From positions 26,902-90,901 of the forward strand of contig PIVX01000002.1 in the NCBI GenBank assembly GCA_003353785.1: a DNA stretch of 64,000 nt, written 5' to 3'. Within the stretch, counting starts at the first letter, position 1; every line of letters begins with the position of its first letter. The stretch is from Gammaproteobacteria bacterium. GTDB lineage: Bacteria; Pseudomonadota; Gammaproteobacteria; PIVX01. The notes below the pieces were generated by a model. The model had not been told where the DNA came from. It saw only the letters and a list, made by a program, of their open reading frames with translations, and did not search any database. Shown here piece after piece: positions 9,953 through 20,787 of this stretch. Made by a program: the position numbers and the translations under genes.

Positions 9953-10719
9953 TTGACGAAAGGGCTCATATTGATCCATCTGCTAAAATTCATGACGGTG
10001 TTCAAATAGGTCCGTGGTCTTACATTGGTGAAGATGTAGAGATTGGCAATAATACAGTGATAGGGCCACACGTTGTTATTAAGGGAACAACTAAGATTGG
10101 TAAAGATAACCATATTTTTCAATTTGCATCAATCGGGGAAATATCCCAGGATAAAAAATTTAAAGGAGAAAATACTTTTCTTGAAATAGGTGATGGTAAT
10201 ACTATAAGAGAGAATGTTACTATTAATCAGGGTACGGCTGGTGGTAATGGTACTACCAAAATTGGTAATAACAATTGGATTATGGCTAATGTTCATATAG
10301 CTCATGATTGTATTATTGGTAACAATGTGACTTTTGCAAATTATGTAGGTTTAGCTGGTCATGTAACCATAGAAGATTATGCGACAATAAGTGGATATGC
10401 AGCTATTCACCAGTTTTGTGTAGTTGGGGCATACAGTTTTATTGCTAAAGCTTCTTATGTAACAAAGGATATATTACCATTTTTAATGATAGCAGGTTAT
10501 AATCCGGTTACATGTGGTTTAAATATTTTAGGTCTTAAAAGAAATAACTTTAGCCAAGAAGTAATTGATTTTTTAAAACAGGGCTACAAAATTATTTTTA
10601 GAAAAAATTTAACCGTAAATGAGTCAATCGAGGAATTAGAAAAACTATTACCAAAATGCTCTGAACTACAGTATTTTATTGATGGGTTAAAAATTTCCTC
10701 GCGTGGCATTATAAGATAA
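9949..10719 (+). CDS. lpxA: UDP-N-acetylglucosamine acyltransferase
   Basis: GTG start overlapping the fabZ stop (GTGA). Hexapeptide repeats and an LpxA C-terminal helical domain. Confidence 0.95.
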   Translation: MIDERAHIDPSAKIHDGVQIGPWSYIGEDVEIGNNTVIGPHVVIKGTTKIGKDNHIFQFASIGEISQDKKFKGENTFLEIGDGNTIRENVTINQGTAGGNGTTKIGNNNWIMANVHIAHDCIIGNNVTFANYVGLAGHVTIEDYATISGYAAIHQFCVVGAYSFIAKASYVTKDILPFLMIAGYNPVTCGLNILGLKRNNFSQEVIDFLKQGYKIIFRKNLTVNESIEELEKLLPKCSELQYFIDGLKISSRGIIR

Positions 10720-10741
10720 TATTAATCAATAATTATTTAAA

Positions 10742-11875
10742 GTGAAAGTTGGAATTGTTGCTGGAGAATCCTCCGGAGATATAATTGGGGCAAGGCTTAT
10801 TAAAGCATTAAAAGCTAACTATAAAAATATATCTTTTTATGGGTTAGCTGGGCCTAAAATGATAGCAGAAGGCTGTGTACCTATTGTGGAGATCAGCAAT
10901 GCTAATGTCATGGGTTTTGGTCATGTCATAAAGAAATTACCTAAAATATACAGTATAAAGAAACAACTACTGAATAATTTCAGGAATGATATTCCTGATC
11001 TTTTTATTGGGATTGATTTTACTGATTTTAATCTTGATTTAGCTAAAGATCTAAAAAAGCTCGGGGTTAAAATTGTTCAATATAAAGGTCCTTCTGTTTG
11101 GGCATGGCGCCCTGGTAGAAAAAAGAAAGTTGCAAAAATAGTTGACTTGCTGTTAACGATATTCCCATTTGAGCAGGAAGCTTATAAGGATGTACCAATT
11201 AATGCTAAGTATGTAGGGCATCCTATTGCTGGAGAGATCCCGCTAGTTATCGACAAGGCTGGGGCCCTTAAAAATTTGGGATTTAGTAGTGATGATAGGA
11301 TTGTTGCAGTTTTGCCAGGTAGTCGTGATCAGGAGATAATGACTTTGAGTGAAATTTATTTGAATACATTGGTTAGATTATCAAAAATATATCCGGATCT
11401 GATATTTGCTTGTGCTCATTTAAATGATCATACAATGCAAAAATTTAAAGGGATCCAAGATAAAATGAGTCTAGATATTAATATTAAACATTTTATTAAT
11501 AAAACTAGATTGGTATTAGAAGCATCCGATGCTGTTTTAGCTACTTCAGGAACTGTTACTTTTGAAGCTATGCTATACAAGAAGCCGATGATTGTAGCTT
11601 ACAAGGTTTCTTGGTTATTGGGTAAAATTTTAAGACAGTTAATCTCTATTAATCATATGGCTTTACCGAATTTGTTAGCAGATAAAGAAATTGTTAGAGA
11701 ATACAAACAGCTTGAGGTTAATGCTAAAGACTTATCTGAAGGGTTAGTTAGGGCTCTAGAAGATCGGGACTATCAACGGGAAATTAATACAGTTTTTATG
11801 GAGATCCATCAGAAGCTGCTGATGGATACAGAAAAAGAAATTGTAAAAAACATTAGTGATTTATTAGTAAGATGA
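10742..11875 (+). CDS. lpxB: lipid-A-disaccharide synthase
   Basis: GTG start. N-terminal KVGIVAGESSGDIIGARLIKALK is typical of LpxB. 377 aa. Confidence 0.9.
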   Translation: MKVGIVAGESSGDIIGARLIKALKANYKNISFYGLAGPKMIAEGCVPIVEISNANVMGFGHVIKKLPKIYSIKKQLLNNFRNDIPDLFIGIDFTDFNLDLAKDLKKLGVKIVQYKGPSVWAWRPGRKKKVAKIVDLLLTIFPFEQEAYKDVPINAKYVGHPIAGEIPLVIDKAGALKNLGFSSDDRIVAVLPGSRDQEIMTLSEIYLNTLVRLSKIYPDLIFACAHLNDHTMQKFKGIQDKMSLDINIKHFINKTRLVLEASDAVLATSGTVTFEAMLYKKPMIVAYKVSWLLGKILRQLISINHMALPNLLADKEIVREYKQLEVNAKDLSEGLVRALEDRDYQREINTVFMEIHQKLLMDTEKEIVKNISDLLVR

Positions 11876-12453
11876 TTATATATAAAATAGCAGGAGTAGA
11901 TGAGGCAGGTAGAGGTCCTTTAGCAGGGCCTGTCGTTGCTGCATCAGTAATTTTAGAGAGAGAGATTAAAGGAATAAGAGACTCAAAAAAGCTTTCAGAG
12001 AAAAAACGATTTAGCTTATCAAAGGATATTTATGATAATGCTAGTGCTATTGGTATAGGTATGTGTTACCCAGCTGAAATTGATTCTATAAATATTCACA
12101 ATGCTAGTTTATTAGCGATGAAAAGGTCAATAGATAACTTAGAAGAAGTACCAAATTATGTGTTAGTTGATGGAAGTTTTGTTCCTCCTGATGTTTCATA
12201 TTTATGTTTTTCAATAGTCAAAGGCGATATAAGTAATTACCTTATTTCTTCTGCATCGATAATTGCTAAAACGGTTCGTGATAGCATAATGATAAATTAT
12301 GAAGAGCAATATCCTGAATATGAATTTTCCAAGCATAAAGGATACCCGACAAAACAGCATATTGCTTCTCTTAGACAATATGGTCCTAGCCCAATCCATA
12401 GATATAGTTATGCTCCAGTTAAAAAATTTATTGAGGTGAGTGATGACAATTAA
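11872..12453 (+). CDS. rnhB: ribonuclease HII
   Basis: GVDEAGRGPLAGPVV active-site motif. ATGA overlap with lpxB. Confidence 0.95.
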   Translation: MIIYKIAGVDEAGRGPLAGPVVAASVILEREIKGIRDSKKLSEKKRFSLSKDIYDNASAIGIGMCYPAEIDSINIHNASLLAMKRSIDNLEEVPNYVLVDGSFVPPDVSYLCFSIVKGDISNYLISSASIIAKTVRDSIMINYEEQYPEYEFSKHKGYPTKQHIASLRQYGPSPIHRYSYAPVKKFIEVSDDN

Positions 12454-15400
12454 ATTTATTCATCTAACAACTCATTCAGAATATTCAATGTCAAGTAGTA
12501 TTATTAGGTTGGATGAGATGCTACAGATGTCAAAAGAAGGTGGAATGCCATCCGTTGCTTTAACAGATCATATGAATTTATTTGGAGCAGTTAAATTTTT
12601 TAAAAAAGCTATTTCAAAAGGAATAAAACCTATTATAGGATGTGAATTAGATTTGATCTACGATCCTAAAGATCATGACAAATTCTCTTTAACGGTTTTA
12701 TGTCAGAATCAGCAAGGCTATGAGAATTTATTGGAGATTTTGTCTAGGGCTTACCAGCTTGATAATATGCAGAAAAAACCATTGGTTGAGAAACGATGGC
12801 TGCTAGAATTATCTGGTGGTTTGATAGTTTTGTCTGGTGGTTATAAGGGAGACGTAGGTAAATTTATATTGTCTGATGATGATAAGAAAGCATTACAAGC
12901 TGTTAAAGAATGGAAAAACTGTTTTGGGGATCGTTATTATTTAGAAGTTAGTAGATTTAATCGACAAAGAGAAGCAGAATTAATTAGAAAATTAGCTATT
13001 ATATCAGATGTTACAAATGTTCCTTTGGTTGCTACAAATCATCCATTATTTATAAATGTTGATGAATATGAGTCTCATAGTACTAGAGTTTGTATAAGCG
13101 AAGGGAAATTATTATCACATTATAATAAGAGCCCTAAATATTCTAAGCAGCAATATTTTAAGAGCCAACAGCAGATGCAAGAATTATTTGCTGATTTACC
13201 CCACAGCTTAGAAAATACTATTAACATTGCTAAACGTTGTAACGTGATTTTAATATTAGATCAAATTTCTTTACCAGATTTTCCTTTACCTAATAATTAT
13301 ACGGTAGAGACTTATCTAACTGAAGTGGCTGAAAGTGGGCTGAAAAAAAAATTTGATGATAAATGTATAAGTAACAATGATGAAGCCGTAGACATTGAGG
13401 AGGTCTATTATAAAAGATTATCTACAGAATTATCAGTGATTATATCAATGGGATATGCAGGATATTTTCTGATTGTACATGATTTTATTGTATGGTCTAA
13501 AAATAATAATATTCCTGTTGGTCCTGGAAGAGGTTCTGGTGCTGGTTCGATTGTAGCATACTCTTTAGGAATAACAGATATCGATCCAATCAAATATGAA
13601 TTATTTTTTGAAAGATTTTTAAATCCAGAACGGGTTTCAATGCCTGATTTTGATATTGATTTTTGTATTAATGGTAGGGATAAAGTTATTAATTATGTAG
13701 CTGCAAAATATGGTCAGCATACGGTAGCTCAAATTATAACTTTTGGTACTTTATCAGCTAAGGCAGTAGTTAGAGATGTGGGGAGAGTATTTGGTCAACC
13801 ATATGGTTTAGTAGATAGGGTAGCAAAACTTATTCCAATGGAGCTTGGTATAACTCTAAAGAAAGCATTGACAGAGCCTGAATTGAAAGATAAGTATGAT
13901 TCTGACGATGTGGTTAAATCTATTATTGATATGGCAATAAAATTAGAGGGAATTGTGAGAAATGCTGGCAAGCATGCTGGAGGTGTTGTTATTGCACCTG
14001 GTGCTATTAAAAAATATTCAGCTGTATATCGGGAAAGTATTCAAGATAATTTAGTTACTCAATATGATAAGGATGATGTGGAGCAAGTAGGACTAATAAA
14101 ATTTGATTTACTTGGTTTAAAAACATTAACTATTATCGATAATGCCGTTAGAATTATAAATAAAAATCTTATTGATAAACTGGATATCAGTAAAATTGAC
14201 CTTTGTGATTCAAAAGTATATGAGTTGATTTGTCGATGTAATACAACAGCAGTTTTTCAGCTTGAATCACGAGGAATGAAAGATTTAATTAAAAGACTGC
14301 AACCAGACAGGTTCGAGGACATAATAGATTTAATTGCTTTATTTAGACCTGGGCCATTACAATCAGGTATGGTTGATGACTTCATTAATAGAAAGCATGG
14401 TAGAGAAAAAGTCAAATATATTCATCTAAGTCTTGAACCGGTTTTGTCAACTACTCATGGTGTTATTTTATATCAGGAACAAGTAATGGAAATAGCTAGA
14501 AGGGTTGGCTCATATACACTCGGTAAAGCTGATTTATTAAGAAGGGCTATGGGCAAGAAAAAACTACAAGAAATGGCTATGCAGCGTAATACCTTTTTAA
14601 CCGGTGCTATTAGTAATGGATTAGATGAGCGTTTGGCAAATATAATTTTTGATCTAATGGAAAAATTTTCTGGTTATGGTTTTAACAAATCTCATTCAAC
14701 AGCCTATGCATTGTTAACTTATCAAACTGCATGGCTTAAAACAAATTATACTGCTGAGTTTATGGCTGCAGTTATGTCATCTGAGTTAGAAAATACGGAT
14801 AAGTTGTTTGGCTTGATCAATGAATGTAGACAAATGGGTATAAAGGTATTGTCACCATCTGTCAATAATAGTGGCTATAAATTTAGTATTGAAGAAAATG
14901 GAATTAGGTTTGGCTTAGGAGCGATAAAAGGAATCGGACAATCTGTAGTAGATGAAATAATAAACAAACGTAATGAAGGTGCTTTTGTAAATCTATTTGA
15001 TTTTACCAATCGCGTTAATTTAAAAAAAGTGTCTCAAAAAACTATGGAAACTTTGGCATATTCTGGTTGTTTAGATTCTCTTAATGATTCTAGGGGTGCA
15101 ATAATTAGTAAATTACCACGTTATTTTGGTTTATCAGAGCAGAAGCAGCAAGATGAGCAAAATGGACAGGTAAGTTTATTTGATAGAGGTTTTGACAATA
15201 ATATTGCTAATGATGTAGATGAGAGTATTGGCAGTGAAATTACTACTAAAGAATATTTATCTGGCGAAATGGATACTTTAGGATTTTATTTTAGTATTCA
15301 TCCTATGGATTTATATAAAGAAGACGTTAAATCCTTAGGAATTTTATCAATTAAGTCTGTCTACGATAATAATAATTTACCAAAAAAAGTTGTTTTGGCA

Positions 15401-15880
15401 GGTATCATAATTGCTATTAAAAGAATTGTAACAAAGCGAGGAGAGCCGATGTTTTTTGTTACTATTGATGATGGGAATATGATGACTGATTTACTAATTT
15501 TTAATGATGTTTATCAGGAATCAGTTGATCACGTTATTAAAGATCGTGTTATTAAAATAGAATGTGCTGTATCCGTAGATTCTAATAATGTATTAAGATT
15601 AAGAGCTGTTAAGATTGAATCTCTCCAGCACTTTAGAGAGGAAAGTTGTAGAACTATAGAAATTAAGGTATCTGAAGAAGATTATTCGTCGGAGAAGTTG
15701 TCTCAATTATCAGATATATTGGCTGAGCAGCAACAGGGTGGGTGTTCTATTTTTTTATCATATGATAAAAATAAGTTCACTGGAAAGTTCAAGTTAAAAG
15801 AAAATTTTAGACCAGCTTATGATATTGTTTGGAATTTAAGGAATATTTTCGGCGATAACAGTATACTAGTAAGATATTAA
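12440..15880 (+). CDS. dnaE: DNA polymerase III alpha subunit
   Basis: 1146 aa with a PHP domain (FIHLTTHSEYS), a GRGSGAGSIVAYSLGITDIDP palm motif and an OB-fold tail. The track start is GTG at 12440; the ATG at 12443 is equally plausible. Confidence 0.97.
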   Translation: MMTIKFIHLTTHSEYSMSSSIIRLDEMLQMSKEGGMPSVALTDHMNLFGAVKFFKKAISKGIKPIIGCELDLIYDPKDHDKFSLTVLCQNQQGYENLLEILSRAYQLDNMQKKPLVEKRWLLELSGGLIVLSGGYKGDVGKFILSDDDKKALQAVKEWKNCFGDRYYLEVSRFNRQREAELIRKLAIISDVTNVPLVATNHPLFINVDEYESHSTRVCISEGKLLSHYNKSPKYSKQQYFKSQQQMQELFADLPHSLENTINIAKRCNVILILDQISLPDFPLPNNYTVETYLTEVAESGLKKKFDDKCISNNDEAVDIEEVYYKRLSTELSVIISMGYAGYFLIVHDFIVWSKNNNIPVGPGRGSGAGSIVAYSLGITDIDPIKYELFFERFLNPERVSMPDFDIDFCINGRDKVINYVAAKYGQHTVAQIITFGTLSAKAVVRDVGRVFGQPYGLVDRVAKLIPMELGITLKKALTEPELKDKYDSDDVVKSIIDMAIKLEGIVRNAGKHAGGVVIAPGAIKKYSAVYRESIQDNLVTQYDKDDVEQVGLIKFDLLGLKTLTIIDNAVRIINKNLIDKLDISKIDLCDSKVYELICRCNTTAVFQLESRGMKDLIKRLQPDRFEDIIDLIALFRPGPLQSGMVDDFINRKHGREKVKYIHLSLEPVLSTTHGVILYQEQVMEIARRVGSYTLGKADLLRRAMGKKKLQEMAMQRNTFLTGAISNGLDERLANIIFDLMEKFSGYGFNKSHSTAYALLTYQTAWLKTNYTAEFMAAVMSSELENTDKLFGLINECRQMGIKVLSPSVNNSGYKFSIEENGIRFGLGAIKGIGQSVVDEIINKRNEGAFVNLFDFTNRVNLKKVSQKTMETLAYSGCLDSLNDSRGAIISKLPRYFGLSEQKQQDEQNGQVSLFDRGFDNNIANDVDESIGSEITTKEYLSGEMDTLGFYFSIHPMDLYKEDVKSLGILSIKSVYDNNNLPKKVVLAGIIIAIKRIVTKRGEPMFFVTIDDGNMMTDLLIFNDVYQESVDHVIKDRVIKIECAVSVDSNNVLRLRAVKIESLQHFREESCRTIEIKVSEEDYSSEKLSQLSDILAEQQQGGCSIFLSYDKNKFTGKFKLKENFRPAYDIVWNLRNIFGDNSILVRY

Positions 15881-15892
15881 AAGGGAGTAATT

Positions 15893-17560
15893 ATGACTAA
15901 CAAAGTACTTAAACTAATTAACTTTATAGTGTATATAATGTATGTCCGATTAAAAATCACCTTAGTATTATCATTATGGTTTTTGACGATTTGCCAGGTT
16001 TCTGCCAGCAGCCTTGGAATGATTAATATCCTCTCTGACGTTGATGAGCCTTTTGTTGCTCTTATTCCTATTTCTCCTAAAACTGATCTTAGTAAATTTA
16101 ACGTCCAGTTAGCAGATAAAAAGACATTTGATAACAAGGGTATTATTAGAGAAGATTTTATTAGTAATATTAAAATAGAGATTGTCAAAACTAAGGACTC
16201 TAATAATATTAAATTAAGTTCTCGACATCCAATTTTCACCAATTTTTTTACTATTTTATTGGTTATAAATGACGTTGGTGAAAAAAATATTTATAGTGTT
16301 TTAATAGATCTTGATAACCCGGCTCCTGTGGCTTCATTAATCTTTGGCACTAAGATTGGAGAAGATTTTGTTGATACAAAAAATGTTAAGACACAGATAT
16401 ATATTGAGCCTATAGAGAAAATAAGAAAGAACTATAATGATATTGATAACACTAAGCTAGATGATGTTATTGATGACAATAAAAATATGAATAAAATCAA
16501 GAAGAAGATACAACAGCAAAAAGATAAAATTTTGGATAAAAACGTTTCTTATAATTCTGATTTAGCTCCCGAAGATAAGCGATTATTTAAGTCGCAACTT
16601 TATCGTAAAATTATTGATAAAACACCAGAAACTATTCAAGATATTTATATACCAACCACTGGCAATCCTGTAAGCGTTAAAGTTAAAAGTAAGAAGACTA
16701 TTAGCACAGATCAGGAACGTAGAGTTAAATTAAAAACTATTAATGAAGCTATTATTCATAGTGATGAGTTATCCGCGGCTAATAGTCCTGAAGATGGAAT
16801 TTTTAGAGTTGCTATGGGAAATCCTAATATAGCAGAATCTTTTAGAAAAACAGGATATAAAAACCAAGATTATTTTTATGTCAAGATCCTATCAGCATTA
16901 ATGTTGGGTTTAATGTTAACAGTTATTTTAATGATGTATTCTATCATTAATAGACGTAAGAAATTGCAGCAAGTATACCTTGGTAATTTTAACAATAAAA
17001 ATGAATATGTTGATGATACTGATAAGCTTTATTCTAGGAAATTTCATAATTCGATAAGAGCTTTACTAAACAATGGTGAATTTGATGAAGCAAAAAAGTT
17101 ATTTAGAGATGAATTTCTTAATCGTGGTATGAGTTTGTACGCTCTTTGCCGATATTATAGTACTTTTCAAGATTATGGTATTCAAGAATTTAATAGTAAT
17201 TTATTTCTACCAGATAATTTAACTGGTTTTCAAACTACTCATAATTCTATTTATGATCAAAAAAATACTGAAAATGGTCAGCTAGATAATTCTTTGTATA
17301 GAGGAAAAAATTCAAGTAGTAAGTCGAACAAGACTAGGAGTAAACATAAGGGTACCGAAAACAATAAGATGGTGCAGGACAATGTTGATCTATCTGAAGT
17401 TGCTGAAGATATTATCACAGCTAAATTGAATTTAGCTAGTGCTTATACAAATATGAAGGATTTTGTTAAAGCGGAAGGTATTCTTGTTCAAATTTGCCGT
17501 ACTGGTAGCCCACAACAACGTAAGGAAGCTAGTAGGTTGCTTAAAAAGATAAAGTTCTAG
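15893..17560 (+). CDS. fimV: FimV-like inner-membrane protein (no LysM domain seen)
   Basis: N-terminal SLGMINILSDVDEPFVALIPIS matches the FimV N-terminal motif. There is a single mid-protein TM (ILSALMLGLMLTVILMMYSII). C-terminal LNLASAYTNMKDFVKAEGILVQICRTGSPQQRKEASRLLKKI matches the FimV C-terminal motif. It lies directly upstream of truA, as fimV does in Pseudomonas. Confidence 0.6.
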   Translation: MTNKVLKLINFIVYIMYVRLKITLVLSLWFLTICQVSASSLGMINILSDVDEPFVALIPISPKTDLSKFNVQLADKKTFDNKGIIREDFISNIKIEIVKTKDSNNIKLSSRHPIFTNFFTILLVINDVGEKNIYSVLIDLDNPAPVASLIFGTKIGEDFVDTKNVKTQIYIEPIEKIRKNYNDIDNTKLDDVIDDNKNMNKIKKKIQQQKDKILDKNVSYNSDLAPEDKRLFKSQLYRKIIDKTPETIQDIYIPTTGNPVSVKVKSKKTISTDQERRVKLKTINEAIIHSDELSAANSPEDGIFRVAMGNPNIAESFRKTGYKNQDYFYVKILSALMLGLMLTVILMMYSIINRRKKLQQVYLGNFNNKNEYVDDTDKLYSRKFHNSIRALLNNGEFDEAKKLFRDEFLNRGMSLYALCRYYSTFQDYGIQEFNSNLFLPDNLTGFQTTHNSIYDQKNTENGQLDNSLYRGKNSSSKSNKTRSKHKGTENNKMVQDNVDLSEVAEDIITAKLNLASAYTNMKDFVKAEGILVQICRTGSPQQRKEASRLLKKIKF

Positions 17561-17569
17561 TAGGATGAT

Positions 17570-18358
17570 ATGAGGCTAGCTTTTGGTGTTCAGTATATTG
17601 GGACGAACTACTTTGGTTGGCAAAGCCAGCTTAATGGTTTGACTATTCAGGAGCAATTAGAAAAAGCTTTTAGTAAAATAGCAGACGAAGAGATCACTAT
17701 AACTGGATCAGGAAGAACTGACACAGGTGTGCATGCTAGTGGGCAAATAGGGCATTTTGATACTAATTCAAATAGAGCAGGGGTAGCTTGGGTAAGAGGT
17801 GTTAATAGGATTTTACCTTCGGATATAAATGTAATTTTTGTTACTAATATTGACAGCTCATTTCATGCTAGATTTTCTGCGGTAAAGCGCCAATATCGTT
17901 ATTTAATATATAATAATAATGTACGTTCTAGCTTTTGGGGAAATTTTTCAAGTCAGGAATTTTTGCCTCTTAATGAGCTTGAGATGCAAAAAGCGTCTAA
18001 GTTATTGCTAGGAAAGCAAGATTTTACATCAATAAGAGATTCAGGATGCCAAAGCTCTACTCCAGTTAGAAAGGTTTATTCTGCTGACGTTAGAAGGAAG
18101 GGAAATTTTGTGATTTTTGAGATAACCGCAAATGCTTTTTTATATCACATGGTAAGAAATATTTTAGGTTTATTGATACCTATTGGATTAGGTCATAAGC
18201 CGATAAGATGGGTCAAAGATGTCATGGATGCTAAGAATAGAGCACAGGCAGGGGTTACCTATTCACCAAGAGGACTATATTTGCACAGAATTTATTATGA
18301 AAAGTCATTTTCTTTTAAATTATCTAAGCAAGATTATATAATTGATATGTTTGATTAA
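17570..18358 (+). CDS. truA: tRNA pseudouridine(38-40) synthase
   Basis: GSGRTDTGVHASGQ catalytic-Asp motif. 262 aa. Confidence 0.95.
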   Translation: MRLAFGVQYIGTNYFGWQSQLNGLTIQEQLEKAFSKIADEEITITGSGRTDTGVHASGQIGHFDTNSNRAGVAWVRGVNRILPSDINVIFVTNIDSSFHARFSAVKRQYRYLIYNNNVRSSFWGNFSSQEFLPLNELEMQKASKLLLGKQDFTSIRDSGCQSSTPVRKVYSADVRRKGNFVIFEITANAFLYHMVRNILGLLIPIGLGHKPIRWVKDVMDAKNRAQAGVTYSPRGLYLHRIYYEKSFSFKLSKQDYIIDMFD

Positions 18359-18384
18359 TTGGATATTAGAGAGGTGATAATTTT

Positions 18385-19251
18385 ATGAGTTGGTTTGGTA
18401 AATTAATTCCACAAAAAATTAGAACAGAAAGTTCTAAGAAAAGCGATATGCCTGAGGGGCTATGGTCTAATTGTAGTAATTGTAAGGCTGTACAGTATAA
18501 GGCTGAACTGGAGCGTAATCTTTTTGTATGTTCTAAATGTGGATTTCATTCAAGAATTGGTGCAAGAAATAGATTAGAGATTATTTTAGATCACGGTAGT
18601 TCTTTCGAAATAATAAATGATCTAGTAAATAAGGATCCTTTGAAATTTAAAGATAGTAAAAGATATAAAGATAGAGTTGTAGCAGCACAAAAGAAAACAA
18701 ATGAGCAAGATGCACTTATAGTATTAAAAGGAAAAATAAATAAGATGTCTGTTGTTGTTGCTGCGTTTGAATTTGGTTTTATGGGTGGTTCTATGGGAGC
18801 TAGTGTTGGTGAGATGTTTGTAAGGGGAGTTAGAGCAGCAATAAAAAGATCTTGTCCTTTTATAGTATTTACTGCAAGTGGTGGAGCTAGGATGCAAGAA
18901 GGGGTGATTTCTTTATTTCAGATGGCAAAGACCAGTGCCATCTTGAAAAAGCTCAATAATAATAAATTACCATATATCTCCGTCTTAACAGATCCTACTC
19001 TTGGAGGTGTATCAGCTAGTTTAGCGATGTTAGGAGATATAATTATAGCAGAGCCTGATGCGCTGATTGGTTTTGCCGGACCTCGAGTAATTGAACAAAC
19101 TGTCAGGCATAAACTTCCTGATGGTTTTCAAAAGAGTGAATTCCTATTAGAAAAAGGCCATATCGATATGGTCATTGATAGAAGAGAATTAAAAGACAGT
19201 TTACATTCTATTTTGATGCATTTAATGAGTAACAAACAACAGAATGTTTAA
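18385..19251 (+). CDS. accD: acetyl-CoA carboxylase carboxyltransferase beta subunit
   Basis: N-terminal Zn ribbon CSNCKAV...CSKCGFH and a carboxyltransferase core [10 protein letters not shown]...GGARMQEG. Confidence 0.95.
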   Translation: MSWFGKLIPQKIRTESSKKSDMPEGLWSNCSNCKAVQYKAELERNLFVCSKCGFHSRIGARNRLEIILDHGSSFEIINDLVNKDPLKFKDSKRYKDRVVAAQKKTNEQDALIVLKGKINKMSVVVAAFEFGFMGGSMGASVGEMFVRGVRAAIKRSCPFIVFTASGGARMQEGVISLFQMAKTSAILKKLNNNKLPYISVLTDPTLGGVSASLAMLGDIIIAEPDALIGFAGPRVIEQTVRHKLPDGFQKSEFLLEKGHIDMVIDRRELKDSLHSILMHLMSNKQQNV

Positions 19252-20494
19252 AGATTTAAGTAGTTGGCTTAATTACTTAGATAAACTTCATCCAACTAAA
19301 ATAGATTTTGATCTAGATAGAGTGGTTGAGGTTGCAACTAGAATGGGGCTTTTGTATTTTGATGCAAAAGTTATAGTTGTTGGCGGGACAAATGGCAAAG
19401 GCACTACATGTGCATTATTAGAATCAATTTTATTTGCAAATGAATACTCTGTTGGAGTTTTTTCCTCTCCTCACATAAGTAGATTTAATGAAAGGATCCG
19501 TTTAAATGGTCAAGAGGTCAATGATAGTGAGATCATCGATGCATTTAAAGATATTAATATTTATCGAAACGATATTTCTCTTACTTATTTTGAATATACT
19601 ACTTTAGCGGCTTTGTATATATTTAAAAATTATAATTTAAGTTTCATTATTTTAGAAGTAGGGTTAGGTGGGAGGTTAGATGCAGTTAATATTGTCCATC
19701 GAGATGTAGCTATTATTACAAGTATAGGGATTGACCACACAAATTATTTAGGTGATAGTGTCGATGCTATAGGGCGTGAAAAAGCATATATTTACAAGGA
19801 TAATTGCTATGCAATTATTGGTGTTAATGATTTTCCCAGTTCAGTAGATAAGTATATTATCGAACATAGTATTGATTTACACGTATTTGGTAGAGACTTT
19901 AAGGATAATATTTACGATAACAGTATGAGTTGGAGTAGTGGGAATTTTTTCCTTGAGAATTTAGCTTTACCATCAATAGTTCCTGTAAATTTATCTTGTG
20001 CTCTTGAATGCCTGAAAGGTCTTGAGTTAAATAGTTTATTAAAAACAGAGTTAATTAATAACGGCTTAAATAAATTTAATTTATTCGGGCGTTTAACAGT
20101 TGTTAAAAAAAAATATTCGATAATATTTGATGTAGCACATAACTTACAAGCAATAGAAAATTTATCAAAAAAACTACAAAAAACTGGTACTAGCTTAGCT
20201 GTTTTTGCTATGTGTAAAGACAAAGATATTTATAATACAATAAATACTTTTATTGACTATTTCGATCATTGGTATGTTGTGATTTTTGACGATGATCTGC
20301 GGATGGCAGAACCTACTGAATATGATTTGGTCTTTAGGAAACTTGCAATAAAAAACTATACATATTTTAGTTTGGTTGATGATTTGGTTAAAAATACTAA
20401 TGAACTAACTAGTTCAGATCAATTAGTTGTATTTGGTTCATTTAGTATAGTAGAAAAAATTAAACATAAACTGCATTTATTTGCTAAATCGTAA
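19244..20494 (+). CDS. folC: bifunctional folylpolyglutamate synthase / dihydrofolate synthase
   Basis: Mur-ligase P-loop [10 protein letters not shown]. It follows accD as in the enterobacterial accD-folC arrangement. Confidence 0.9.
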   Translation: MFKDLSSWLNYLDKLHPTKIDFDLDRVVEVATRMGLLYFDAKVIVVGGTNGKGTTCALLESILFANEYSVGVFSSPHISRFNERIRLNGQEVNDSEIIDAFKDINIYRNDISLTYFEYTTLAALYIFKNYNLSFIILEVGLGGRLDAVNIVHRDVAIITSIGIDHTNYLGDSVDAIGREKAYIYKDNCYAIIGVNDFPSSVDKYIIEHSIDLHVFGRDFKDNIYDNSMSWSSGNFFLENLALPSIVPVNLSCALECLKGLELNSLLKTELINNGLNKFNLFGRLTVVKKKYSIIFDVAHNLQAIENLSKKLQKTGTSLAVFAMCKDKDIYNTINTFIDYFDHWYVVIFDDDLRMAEPTEYDLVFRKLAIKNYTYFSLVDDLVKNTNELTSSDQLVVFGSFSIVEKIKHKLHLFAKS

Positions 20495-20787
20495 TAGATA
20501 AGTATTTAAAAATAGCTTATTTAAAACAGCATTAATAGAAGAAAAAAGAGTGCTGCTATATAAGTTATTGATCTCATTGATACTTAAATAATTTTTCATC
20601 CAAATTGATTGAAAATATCACATCTATTTGCTGTCAATAGTTATATATAATTTTATATATACTATATTTATATGTATGGTACGGTAATTTATTGTAATTA
20701 AAGAATAGTAGAATAGAACTAAAAAAATTAATTATCTAGAAAATATTATCTGCATAAGAAAGTACTTAGTTTATCAAGGAATTGAAG

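Noticed and set aside
20495-20787. I looked for PmrA-type tandem TTAATA boxes or other shared promoter motifs upstream of the two paralogs, as seen for Dot/Icm effector genes in Legionella and Coxiella.
   Set aside because: Only loose AT-rich resemblances appear (TTAATTATCTAG...AATATTATC; shared AAGTACTT). Nothing has the expected direct-repeat spacing, so this is not distinguishable from background.
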